DNA of 64,000 nt from the NCBI GenBank assembly GCA_016215455.1, contig JACRJP010000004.1, positions 91,787 to 155,786 of the forward strand, written 5' to 3'. A program made the translations under genes and the position numbers. The DNA is from Candidatus Tayloriibacteriota bacterium (GTDB taxonomy: Bacteria; Patescibacteriota; Minisyncoccia; Phycocordibacterales; PALSA-1337). Below, piece by piece: positions 39,460 to 48,715 of this stretch. Position 1 is the stretch's first letter. Every line of letters begins with the position of its first letter. The notes below the pieces were generated by a model that searched no databases, was not told where the DNA came from, and saw nothing but the letters and a program-made list of their open reading frames with translations.

Positions 39460-39687
39460 TTATATATCTTCAGGTGTATCGATACTAATAATTTTTGATG
39501 GAGAATGATGTCCGCTTACAATTCTCAATCGAGTGTTTGGATATCTTTCACGAAATAGTTCAAGGATGCGAGCGTTTGCACGATTTTGCTCTGCCGGTTC
39601 TCGTACCGACACTTTATAGTGGTCAGAGGTAATCTGTTCAACAACCTCCTCTTTAGCTTGAGTAATAGCTCGAACCTTGATGTACAT
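39460..39687 (-). CDS. DUF167/YggU-family protein
   Basis: VSVREPAEQNRAN, IVSGHHSPSK. Confidence 0.85.
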   Translation of the reverse strand: MYIKVRAITQAKEEVVEQITSDHYKVSVREPAEQNRANARILELFRERYPNTRLRIVSGHHSPSKIISIDTPEDI

Positions 39688-39767
39688 ACACCTATTATAC
39701 CCCACCCATCTTGTACCGCTTCACTTTTTACTAAAATTTGTTATGATAGCGCTGTGCTTGAATACAT

Positions 39768-39843
39768 TCCGCGGTAGCTCAGTTGGTAGAGCAATCCCCT
39801 GTTAAGGGATGGGTCCTAGGTTCGAGCCCTAGCCGCGGAGCCA
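39768..39843 (+). tRNA. tRNA-Asn (GTT), CCA encoded
   Basis: TCCGCGG acceptor stem, ATCCC-CT-GTT-AA-GGGAT anticodon arm, GGTTCGAG T-loop, GCCA end. Confidence 0.97.
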
Positions 39844-39845
39844 AC

Positions 39846-39876
39846 GAAAAAGACTTGATTTATTCAGGTCTTTTTC
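39846..39876 (+). terminator. intrinsic terminator after tRNA-Asn
   Basis: GAAAAAGACTTGA...TCAGGTCTTTTTC. Confidence 0.7.
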
Positions 39877-39928
39877 TATATACCCAGACTAGTTTCGAAC
39901 TTTTTGATATACTATTAACAAAAATGAC

Positions 39929-40420
39929 ATGTCAAAACTTCAATTAGAAATTGAACGAAAGTTTCTTCTCTCAAAACTCCCTGATGTTAGTGCAATTACA
40001 GCGATTCCCTACGAACGCTATTTCTTAGAACGAACTAAAGAAGTCGAGGTTCGTATTCAGAGAAAAGGAAATATCTTCACGTATCAGAGAAAAGTAGAGG
40101 TACCAGGAATTGGAAGAGAACGTTCCGAAGACCACGAAATCTCTGAGGAAGAATTCAATAAGCTCAAAATCACAGCTTCAAAAGCAATTCTTCGCACTCG
40201 ATACGATCTCTCCCCCATGATCGCCATTCAGGTATATCATGGAGACCATGAAGGACTCATTCGCTACGAAGTTGAGTTCCCGACATCAGAAGATGCTACA
40301 AAATTTCAACCAGAGCCATGGATGGGAAAAGAAATTACCGATTCACCCTTGGGCCGTGATGGTAAACTTCTAGATCTTAGCCCAGAACAATTTACCGCCG
40401 AACTAGCAAGATATTCTTAG
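39929..40420 (+). CDS. CYTH-domain (triphosphate tunnel metalloenzyme) protein
   Basis: LEIERKFL, EVRI, YEVEF, WMGKEIT. Confidence 0.88.
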   Translation: MSKLQLEIERKFLLSKLPDVSAITAIPYERYFLERTKEVEVRIQRKGNIFTYQRKVEVPGIGRERSEDHEISEEEFNKLKITASKAILRTRYDLSPMIAIQVYHGDHEGLIRYEVEFPTSEDATKFQPEPWMGKEITDSPLGRDGKLLDLSPEQFTAELARYS

Positions 40421-40560
40421 TCTTTTATGTGTGTACATTTGAATGTTGTAAACTGTGTAAGTGACATAAGATAATTCACTTCTTTTTTCATTACATCAAT
40501 ATCTTCTACCACCTCACTCCACTCAAAAGTTCGAAACGCGTGTAGCCAAGCGAGCTCGTA

Positions 40561-40590
40561 AAAAATCACCTTACAATTAAGGTGATTTTT
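40561..40590. terminator. hairpin/terminator, part of repeated boundary element
   Basis: AAAAATCACCTTA-CAAT-TAAGGTGATTTTT. Confidence 0.65.
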
Positions 40591-40705
40591 TATTGGCTCA
40601 TTTAAATTTTCCCAAACTGTTTAGTTGTGATCGAAACACTATCACTTTTTGACATAATATGATTATCGTGTTAATTTGCTTTTAGATCCTCAACCTCGAA
40701 ATCAA

Positions 40706-41491
40706 ATGAAGACCCCTCTCGTTCTCGCCGCGCTATGCACCCTTTTCGTCGTCAGTTCCTGCTCCCCCAAAAAGGAAGAACTAGCAACACGCTCGGACAA
40801 CACCCAGCCAAACATGGTCGTAATTAGCATCGACTCGACTAGTGCATTTGTCCATCCTCAGAATCTCTACGCATGGCTTGATGCTCATAGACCTGAACAA
40901 GTCTACGTCGGACAAATAAACCTACTTAAGATAGGGACAAACTCATACGCGGTCACAGCACCCCATGTGATGACCTCACCATTACTTCAGTTCCCCTTTC
41001 CTAACTCAGAAGAGCTTGGTCAGTGGACGAACTCCGCAGATGGACGTGAAATTTCATTTGCCCAGCTGCGCGATTGGAAAAAGTTTGGTTTCAGTGTTGA
41101 GCCTGTCGAAGCACAGGCGCCGACAATCAACGCACCCGCTTCAATCAAGACGACGATGTTCGTCAGTGCAGAAGAAGGTGTTCGAGACATGGATATGCCA
41201 GGGACACTCAAAATACTTTCTTCTCCTGAACACATCAAACTCTTAGGCGAGACGATGGATCCGGGATCAGCTTTTACAGATCGTCTTCTGAGAAGGGCGC
41301 CGACCAAGCCAGTTCTGGCAATGATCATCCCTGAACAGTATCGAAGATTTTTGCGAGGAAGCTCAGGAGCATTCGTGTGGCAAAACGGGCATCCTGTTGG
41401 AGTGTTCGTCGCGGCATATTTCAATGAAGGAATGCCACCCGTGACCTACATTGAACCCCTGCTTGATTCTGTGGCTGTGACAAAACCCTAA
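40706..41491 (+). CDS. lipoprotein with trypsin-like serine protease motifs
   Basis: Lipobox VSSC; VTAPHV (His), RGSSGAFV (Ser), PVGVFVA; own TTGACA-17-TAATTT promoter at 40649. Confidence 0.6.
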   Translation: MKTPLVLAALCTLFVVSSCSPKKEELATRSDNTQPNMVVISIDSTSAFVHPQNLYAWLDAHRPEQVYVGQINLLKIGTNSYAVTAPHVMTSPLLQFPFPNSEELGQWTNSADGREISFAQLRDWKKFGFSVEPVEAQAPTINAPASIKTTMFVSAEEGVRDMDMPGTLKILSSPEHIKLLGETMDPGSAFTDRLLRRAPTKPVLAMIIPEQYRRFLRGSSGAFVWQNGHPVGVFVAAYFNEGMPPVTYIEPLLDSVAVTKP

Positions 41492-41516
41492 CCCCGTCAA
41501 TCGACGGATTTTTTAT

Positions 41517-41621
41517 TTTTGTGCACATGTGAACGATATAAGATACTTCACCACCACCTCCATTCAAAGGTTCGGAAACACATGTGCACAAAATCATCTT
41601 ACTTAATTGTAGGATGATTTT
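41517..41621. repeat. boundary element with 15-bp inverted repeat and hairpin
   Basis: TTTTGTGCACATGTG (41517-41531) and CACATGTGCACAAAA (41579-41593); related sequence at about 40430-40590 and 48495-48585. Confidence 0.55.
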
Positions 41622-41649
41622 TAGTTGACCAGAACAATACTAGAATTTA

Positions 41650-41677
41650 TTGACATCTATATCCCAAGATGTAATCT
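41650..41677 (+). promoter_or_regulatory. sigma70 promoter of the putative ncRNA
   Basis: TTGACA-16-TAATCT, same form as promoters of neighbouring orphan cassettes. Confidence 0.6.
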
Positions 41678-41684
41678 TAAAAAT

Positions 41685-42030
41685 AGAAAACTAGTTTAGG
41701 CTGAACCAATGAGTGCATTTTAATAAAGTGCTTTCATTGGTTCAGCACTAGACAGTGGAATGCAGTCCACAACATAAAAGGAGGACTTCTCTGCACGGAT
41801 GTCCAAAAGGATACCTTTGTGTTCAAAAAAGTGTCTACGGCGCGAAGCGGTTGCAGGCTCATGCTCTGTGACGTCACTACCCAAATCCTTTGACGTACCG
41901 ATGATGTAATCGTTGGTAATAGTTGGGAGGCAAAGACAAGAAAGCCTTAATTTCTTGGAGAGTGGAGAACTGTCGCAAGAGGTACACTCCCATACTCGAT
42001 GCTCAGCATGAAATGGCTGGGCAATTTTTA
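41685..42030 (+). ncRNA. unidentified structured non-coding RNA (about 340 nt)
   Basis: No ORF of 60 aa or more; at least 7 consecutive stem-loops with G-U pairs and GCAA/GCGAAGC-type loops; promoter upstream, terminator-like hairpin plus T-rich tract at 42001-42030. Confidence 0.65.
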
Positions 42031-42116
42031 TATCTGATACTCACAAGCACATCCTGAAAATTTAATTGGCTGGACTAAGACTAAAAACAATTTCAAACTT
42101 TGGTATAATAAACGAC

Positions 42117-42518
42117 ATGAAAATTGATCCTCGACTTCACCACTACTGTCAGAATATAACAAAAGGAAATCTTGATACGGTTGTTGAAATGTACCAACTT
42201 CTCAATTTCAAAGTAGTCTACACTCCCCCAAACGGCGATTGGATCATGGTAGGTCAAGATCAACTTCGTTTTGCTATTCAAATAACTCAAGTGGAAGATA
42301 CACCCATTGTTGATATTGATATAAAAAGACGAACTCATATCGCTTTCCTCTCGGATAATCCTCAAGAAGTTATTTCAAAAGTTGAAGCTTGGGCAAACAA
42401 TAAAAATATCAAATTCAGACAAGGTGGATGGTCCGATAAAGAAAAATACTTTGACCTACCTGATATTTTCGTCAACTTTGTAGTTGAGGTGATGCACACA
42501 TCTATTGAAGAAAAATAG
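42117..42518 (+). CDS. VOC/glyoxalase-like protein
   Basis: LHH...HIAF...VVEV pattern; TATAAT 7 nt before ATG 42117. Confidence 0.6.
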   Translation: MKIDPRLHHYCQNITKGNLDTVVEMYQLLNFKVVYTPPNGDWIMVGQDQLRFAIQITQVEDTPIVDIDIKRRTHIAFLSDNPQEVISKVEAWANNKNIKFRQGGWSDKEKYFDLPDIFVNFVVEVMHTSIEEK

Positions 42519-42555
42519 TAAATTTATTTCAAAAAAGCATAGAACAATTTAAAGA

Positions 42556-44070
42556 TTAATTAGATTTATTGTACTTAGAATTATTAAGGACTTTCCAGAT
42601 CTCAACCATAGCTAAAGTATCCAAATGGCAATAATCCTTAAGTGCCTGTATTTTCATATCTCTTTCCTCTTTGGAATATTCCCCTGAAACAATTCGATTC
42701 CATGTATCTGAAGCTGTACCACCTTCTTGGATATGCATATTTTTATAAGACAAATGTGGTACTAATGCTGGTAGAACATATTTAATTGAAGCGCTTCCCT
42801 TAAATTTAGGATGATCATACATTGTGGTCTTTCCGAAAAACGGAATAATCAAATCTACCACTCGATCATTAACCTCCTCCATGAAAGCTTTATATTCTGG
42901 TAAACCTTCCCCAAGCTGTTCATTGATACTTTTTTCAAACCTCTGACTCCACACGATCACACTACCTATTTTAGGGAGATGTTTTTGCAATGCTTCAGCA
43001 AAATATTTATCGGGACAACCCTGTTCTGTATAGATAAAATCACAATGTGTTAATTCATCGCCATATGAGTTAATGACATGGAGTGAAAATTGAAATGGAA
43101 TCTGTTGATATGGTTTGTGTCCGCTATATTTAGGTATTGCAGATGGGTATGTTTCGTAATCAAGGAAAGCCAAGGGGTATTTCATTGTTTCTAAAAACTC
43201 TGAAATACCAGCACTATCGATATATTCTTTATCCGATTGCGCTGTGTCTACCTGTCTTCGCTGATTATCTGATAATTCAAAGTCGCTAGGCACATCGTGA
43301 ATACTTAGAATATTATTATCTACAAGCTCTGTGAGTTTCTTCTTAGTTATTCTAGCTATTGCATGGACCGGATATTCAGGCAGGTCGGGATTAGAATATT
43401 CTGAAGTGGTGCAATGAGAATTCCATCCTTTAAGAATGCAGTCACAGTGGCCAGCTGGCTCTTTGTCACTTACAAGTAGCTCATACACACCTTCCATCTT
43501 TTGTTTTACTTCCTCAAGTTTTTCATTCGCCTGATTAGTAACATCCTCGATTATAAAAAGTCCCTTGAGATTAATATCTCCAATTCGAACATACTCCTTG
43601 TTGAGCCGAATAAGATTGAGTGTTCCTATTTCAATACCGAGATCATTTAAAATGTTCTTCTGAAAGGCGATGTCGATTAAGTAATCTTCTGTTTTACGAC
43701 CACCGCCTTCCTCAGAAGATGTTGATGATTTAACCTCATACAAATCGTAGAGGTTTGTGGCACTATTCCATACAAAAATATCTGAAGCTGTTATAAACTT
43801 TTCAGTAGAAAATACCGGCTGATAAATGACAGCTGTTTTGTCTGTCATAAGCTTTTTAGTTTGCTCTGTGTCATCTCGAGACTCGACAAGTACCCCATTA
43901 GGAAAGAGACCTCTAGCTAGCTCGTCAATTTGGTTACCCGTATCAATGATATTCAACTCAAAAGAAGAAAGTGGATACTTCCTATAAATATCTGGTTTAT
44001 GAATCTTGAGCCATGCATTCTTAGCGCAATCGAGGCATGTTAGGAAATTAGTTTTTGAGAGGAGGGTCAT
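42556..44070 (-). CDS. Cas4/RecB-like PD-(D/E)xK nuclease fused to DUF2779 RNase H-like (DEDD) domain
   Basis: LSKTNF..CLDC, SDIF..YEVKSS, HCDC......HC cysteine cluster, LDYET, PFQFSLH, SIKYVLP, YCHLDT. Confidence 0.8.
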   Translation of the reverse strand: MTLLSKTNFLTCLDCAKNAWLKIHKPDIYRKYPLSSFELNIIDTGNQIDELARGLFPNGVLVESRDDTEQTKKLMTDKTAVIYQPVFSTEKFITASDIFVWNSATNLYDLYEVKSSTSSEEGGGRKTEDYLIDIAFQKNILNDLGIEIGTLNLIRLNKEYVRIGDINLKGLFIIEDVTNQANEKLEEVKQKMEGVYELLVSDKEPAGHCDCILKGWNSHCTTSEYSNPDLPEYPVHAIARITKKKLTELVDNNILSIHDVPSDFELSDNQRRQVDTAQSDKEYIDSAGISEFLETMKYPLAFLDYETYPSAIPKYSGHKPYQQIPFQFSLHVINSYGDELTHCDFIYTEQGCPDKYFAEALQKHLPKIGSVIVWSQRFEKSINEQLGEGLPEYKAFMEEVNDRVVDLIIPFFGKTTMYDHPKFKGSASIKYVLPALVPHLSYKNMHIQEGGTASDTWNRIVSGEYSKEERDMKIQALKDYCHLDTLAMVEIWKVLNNSKYNKSN

Positions 44071-44075
44071 AGGAA

Positions 44076-44396
44076 TTACCAATTTCTTGGAATAACCGGA
44101 GGTTCTTTCGGATTCACAAGTCTAGTAATTTCTCTTCCATCAAATGATTCTTTTAAGACCTCAACGCTAGATATATTGCTTAGGTATGTTGAAACAACAT
44201 GCGCCCCGTGTGGAACATGAATATCTGCATATCCCAAAAGAAAGTCTTCTTCGTGGTAATGATTCTTCTTCTTTTTTGGAAAAATATCATATGGGGCAAT
44301 ATCGCGAGTTACAAATTCTCCCGTTGTTTCCTTTTGAAAATTAATCCTGATCATTTGTTGAGATTGGATGGCTGAGATTATAATTTGTTTGTGCAT
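44076..44396 (-). CDS. stand-alone WYL-like domain protein
   Basis: IISAIQSQQMIRINF...TRDIAPY...LSNISSVEVL...F pattern. Confidence 0.65.
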   Translation of the reverse strand: MHKQIIISAIQSQQMIRINFQKETTGEFVTRDIAPYDIFPKKKKNHYHEEDFLLGYADIHVPHGAHVVSTYLSNISSVEVLKESFDGREITRLVNPKEPPVIPRNW

Positions 44397-44399
44397 AAA

Positions 44400-45371
44400 T
44401 TATTTTTTTAAGTATTTCTTATAAGCTTCAATTATACTCTCAGCATAAGTGTGTTTATCGGATATTTTCATAGGAAATATATTACTAAAAGTACTCCAAT
44501 CGAATGAAACTTCTTTATTGACCTTAATAGCTTTCATAAAATTATTGAAGTTTTTACGATTATACCCCTGAATATCTCTTACAACTTTAAGTACGTCTTT
44601 GTGGTGATATTTATATTTTGCTAATGCCTCTGTGATTTCTGGTATTCTAACACTTCTTCCCTCATCTGATAGATTAACACCCTGACTCAATGAAATTTTA
44701 TCGTTGGATTGATTATTAATCCCAACAACCATATCAGAATCCTTTATTCTTTTTACATTTTCCAATAAAACCTTAACATTAACTAAAACGCCTTTATTCT
44801 CTTTTAATTGGACTTGCTTTGAATGTACCTCAATCACTTTTTTCATATAACTTTTAACCTCTGACGAAGCATTTTTTAATGAAGAAGTATTTTCAATAAA
44901 ATCAAAATCGGTATATGGTATCTCCGTTGCAACAGGTAAGATATACCAACTTTTATCTTTAATAAGGCTCTTACTAAAATATTTCTGGATAAAATCTTTA
45001 AAGAGGATAATATTTGATTGAATGAGCATATAATCTACTAAATCAAGTCCTTTGTGATAGTGAACGATTTTACATCTTTCTTTATATAGTAATTTTGTAC
45101 TTTGATACCAGTCATCACTATATCTATTACCCAGATTACTCTTGACACATTCAAGACATTCGTCAAAAGGTTTGCTTTCGTCTTTTTTTCTATTATAAAT
45201 CTTTGCCCATTTTTTATTTATAATTAATGCCTTCAAAGCATTTTCCCAAGAATTGACAATCAGAATAACTACGGATTCTGTTCTGTATTTTATTAAAGGC
45301 TTATTGTAGAGTTCAATTGCAAGTGTAATCGATTCTATAGATTTTGATAACAAATTTTCTGAAATAGTCAT
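44400..45371 (-). CDS. DUF3644 (HEPN-like) protein
   Basis: KSIESITLAIELYNKP...NSWENALKA N-terminus; RCKIVH (RxxxxH). Confidence 0.75.
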   Translation of the reverse strand: MTISENLLSKSIESITLAIELYNKPLIKYRTESVVILIVNSWENALKALIINKKWAKIYNRKKDESKPFDECLECVKSNLGNRYSDDWYQSTKLLYKERCKIVHYHKGLDLVDYMLIQSNIILFKDFIQKYFSKSLIKDKSWYILPVATEIPYTDFDFIENTSSLKNASSEVKSYMKKVIEVHSKQVQLKENKGVLVNVKVLLENVKRIKDSDMVVGINNQSNDKISLSQGVNLSDEGRSVRIPEITEALAKYKYHHKDVLKVVRDIQGYNRKNFNNFMKAIKVNKEVSFDWSTFSNIFPMKISDKHTYAESIIEAYKKYLKK

Positions 45372-48300
45372 AAAATATTATCTATTTCTTTCATGGTTTT
45401 TTCAGTTTCCACAAGAGCAACAATCATCTTCTGATAATGTTCTAGATCTTCACTTGAAAGAAGTCTGTCACGTCTATCTTTAAGCCATTTTTGAGCAGGC
45501 TGATATCCGCCAATATAGAAATTCCAAGCAATTTTTGGAACGCCACCAAAATATTGCTTTTCATTTATATAAACCTTACCATCTTTATATTTCGGATATT
45601 TTGCTTCAACAGTATCGCTTCCTGCTTCGGGAAATGTCGTGAGGAGGTTTTTGAGTTTTGGTGATTCCAAAAGGTGAAACTCGCGCAATTCCCTACCCAA
45701 AATAACAAGTGCTTTAAATGAGGCTACGTCCTTCGGGTACGGCACTCGAGGAAAATCAATTTTAAGAAATTCTTTGTATTTTTCTCGATAACTTGGTGAG
45801 TGTAGAACTGCGTAAATATAGTCGAGGATATCTTCAGGGATGATTTTTCCAACAGTTTTTTCTATTTCTTCAATAATTTCTTTATTTAGATTTGGAACTT
45901 TTGACCCATCTTCAGCATAAAGATAAAGTGGGTAAATTTGTTCTGCACCCAGCATGCCAGGTCTTGACCACGATCTTCTATCAATGATGTATTTGGTAAT
46001 AAAACAAGGAGCAGATTCTTCTTGAACAAAGCCTCGTTTTGCAATAAATCCTAGGTTATCTTTAAGCATGTGTCTCATTACTTCAGACCTTGGGCGAGAA
46101 AAAACGCCCTCGCTTTTTAATGAGTATAGTGTATGTCTAACATCGAAAGGTCGATAGAGTATTTCTGAGGAATCAGCAACAATATTTTTAATATCATTCC
46201 TAACAGCGGTCACCTGTTTCTTTTCTACATTATTTCTTTGAGTTATTTCTTCATCTGTTTTTGTTTGAAAGGATTCACGCAACTCATTAATTTCTCTCGT
46301 TGAGAACTTAATCAAAAGATCATCTTTTGCTGAAGTAGCTCCTGAAGAGTGTATGGGAAATAAATTTGAAACAGAAAATCCCTTATTATAATTTCCTTCG
46401 CCTGAAAAATCTTTAGGTGTAAAAAAGTAGTTAGGATGAACACACTTAAGAAAATTCCATTTGAAGTTCTCTAGACTGCCTTTGTTAAGTGACTCAAACT
46501 TATCTTCTCGCTTACCATACAGATCTTTATGGTACACCTCCCCCAACCCTTTCTTCTTTCCTTCATTCTTGACAAAGATATCTATCGAAACTCCCTGCAT
46601 GATATTAAACACATTTTCATCCCTACCACCATCAGGAGCTTTTTCTTTTTTCTTTGAATTTCCATGTAAATTAACAATATAGATTGAATCAAAAGTCTCT
46701 AGTAGATGTTTTCTCATCTGCCGGTGGGTAACACCGTCGATGAAGGAGTTGTTTGTGATCATCGCTACAATACCGCTTCCGTTCTTTTCAATCAGACTCT
46801 CAGATAATCGAATAAATTTTATATAGTCATCAGAAAGTTGTTGTATATTTTTTTCATTCAAATCCTTTTTATACTCTTTAATCAAATCCTGTATCCATTC
46901 TCCCTTATTCTGAGAACTGACGCTATACGGCGGATTCCCCATTACCACCATGATCGGTAACTCATTCTTTACCTTATTCGCCTGATTAGATTCCTCTGTG
47001 ATAGCCTTTCCGAGCCCGATGTCGAAAAGTGTTTTTTCTTCAATTTCAGCTTTTTCTAGAGAGTTTGTCAGATATACACCAAGACGAGTATTTTCTATTT
47101 TTGCACCAGTCTCAGCAATCGTCGAGGAAAGCTTGAGATGTGCAATCGTATACGATGCCATCATCAACTCGAAACCATGCATGCGTAGCAGGAGATCTGC
47201 ATTCACGTACGAAGACCAACGACCTTCCTGTCCCTCGAAAGATTTCTTAATGTGAAGTATAACTTCATTGAGGAATGTACCTGTACCTGTAGCTGGGTCG
47301 AGAATCTGAACCCTATGAATCGGCACTTTATGTCGCTTACCTTGGATCTCTTTGAGAATATCTATTTTTGACGCATCAGCTAGACCTTGTGGTAGATCAA
47401 ACTCTTTTTTCAAAATGTCATCTACTGTTCGAACAATAAATCGGACCACTGGTAGAGGTGTATAGAACACGCCCATTTTCTTACGTTCAACTGAATCATA
47501 TTCTTGAAGGAAGTCTTCATAGAAGTGAATGATGGGGTCACGACTGCTGTCCTTATCAACTTTGTAGTAATTATGAACAATGGCTTGCACATCAGCGTGA
47601 TTAAACTCCTCACAGAGTTCATTCACAATATATTCGATACGTGGATCAAATGAAGATCCGGCTATGTGGTCAAAGAAGTGACGTAGAAATGGATTTGAGG
47701 CAGGAACAAGGTCTCGTGCTTCTTGGCGTGAGAAATTGTCTGTTGTTTTATCATAGTACCTTGCTACAAAGAGACCGTAGACAATTGTCTGAGCGTACAT
47801 GTCAGCAAACTTTGCATGATCAAGATCAGCAAGGAGAAGTTTCTTGATAACCTCATATACACCGAGCAAGTTTTCATTCTTAGGATTCTTTTCATCTTCA
47901 AGAAACTTCTTTACGTTATCTCGAATACGACGAGCCTTACCAGCCATAACTTTTGAGAGCACAGTACCGGATTTGATCGGCTCTTTAGATTCTTTTATGA
48001 AATCTCCAATTGTATCGGCTAAAAGTTGAAACGGACCCTCAAAAGGTTCCACACTGTCTTTGTGTAGCTTTCCAACAATGATTGGATCACTGTAGCGAAT
48101 CCCATTTCTGAAAAAGCGAAAATCAAGACCATTGGTGAGTATAATGTTCGAATAGCCGTAGTAGCGAGTCATCTGCTCACTTTTCTCTATCTCATCAAGC
48201 GAGACATTAATATCTTTTGCCTCTGCATAAGCAATAACAGTCTTTCCTTTGAGAAACACGAAGTCAGGAGCACCATGCTCGCTACGTTTAGGCTCATTGA

Positions 48301-48424
48301 TTACATTCAATCCCGTTGTCTGTTCAAAAAGCTCCTTGAGAGCGGGACGGTAAGAGTGTTCACGTGCATGTCCGCTACTGTAGGTCTCTATTACTTTTTG
48401 AATGAATGTTGCAACTGGAGTCAT
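45368..48424 (-). CDS. single-chain restriction-modification enzyme (Type IIG/ISP-like, N6-adenine MTase)
   Basis: EHSYR, PDF..EAK nuclease; DPATGTGTF motif I, NPPY motif IV; C-terminal specificity domain (DFPRVP, IGGYQPAQKWLKDR); probable start 48424. Confidence 0.88.
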   Translation of the reverse strand: MTPVATFIQKVIETYSSGHAREHSYRPALKELFEQTTGLNVINEPKRSEHGAPDFVFLKGKTVIAYAEAKDINVSLDEIEKSEQMTRYYGYSNIILTNGLDFRFFRNGIRYSDPIIVGKLHKDSVEPFEGPFQLLADTIGDFIKESKEPIKSGTVLSKVMAGKARRIRDNVKKFLEDEKNPKNENLLGVYEVIKKLLLADLDHAKFADMYAQTIVYGLFVARYYDKTTDNFSRQEARDLVPASNPFLRHFFDHIAGSSFDPRIEYIVNELCEEFNHADVQAIVHNYYKVDKDSSRDPIIHFYEDFLQEYDSVERKKMGVFYTPLPVVRFIVRTVDDILKKEFDLPQGLADASKIDILKEIQGKRHKVPIHRVQILDPATGTGTFLNEVILHIKKSFEGQEGRWSSYVNADLLLRMHGFELMMASYTIAHLKLSSTIAETGAKIENTRLGVYLTNSLEKAEIEEKTLFDIGLGKAITEESNQANKVKNELPIMVVMGNPPYSVSSQNKGEWIQDLIKEYKKDLNEKNIQQLSDDYIKFIRLSESLIEKNGSGIVAMITNNSFIDGVTHRQMRKHLLETFDSIYIVNLHGNSKKKEKAPDGGRDENVFNIMQGVSIDIFVKNEGKKKGLGEVYHKDLYGKREDKFESLNKGSLENFKWNFLKCVHPNYFFTPKDFSGEGNYNKGFSVSNLFPIHSSGATSAKDDLLIKFSTREINELRESFQTKTDEEITQRNNVEKKQVTAVRNDIKNIVADSSEILYRPFDVRHTLYSLKSEGVFSRPRSEVMRHMLKDNLGFIAKRGFVQEESAPCFITKYIIDRRSWSRPGMLGAEQIYPLYLYAEDGSKVPNLNKEIIEEIEKTVGKIIPEDILDYIYAVLHSPSYREKYKEFLKIDFPRVPYPKDVASFKALVILGRELREFHLLESPKLKNLLTTFPEAGSDTVEAKYPKYKDGKVYINEKQYFGGVPKIAWNFYIGGYQPAQKWLKDRRDRLLSSEDLEHYQKMIVALVETEKTMKEIDNIL

Positions 48425-48715
48425 ATTACACAATACTTTACCATTTTTGTGGCTAAAAATAAAGATTTTACAATGCAGACACACCCCAATTCTGTTACTA
48501 TTACAAATATGACTTTCCACACAAAGGAGTCCGAAACTTATTGAGTGATCTTAAAAAATCTCTTTTACGGAAGATGGAAGAGATGACATAACAACCAAGG
48601 GTGAGATGAAGCACTGGCACGTTTTCCATGTAATAGCTCGTAAATACTAGCACCACTGTAGGTTACATTCTTTGCTTCAATTTCATGTGATAAAATATAC
48701 GTAACCACTTTTCCC

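Noticed and set aside
40645-40675. dif-like site (TTTTGACATAATATGATTAT) and a similar sequence at about 63011-63038
   Set aside because: Spacer length does not fit the 11-6-11 Xer geometry; both are better explained as sigma70 promoters
41799-41909. 36-aa ORF MSKRIPLC... after AAAGGAGG inside the structured RNA
   Set aside because: SD-to-ATG spacing of about 14 nt is poor and the frame runs through stable helices; not excluded, but unsupported
41685-42030. Identification as tmRNA, RNase P RNA, SRP, 6S or raiA-motif RNA (hpf/raiA is about 3 kb away)
   Set aside because: No tRNA-like ends, no GAGGAAAGTCC, no SRP loop, not a single long rod, and no raiA core sequence that I can recognise; left unassigned
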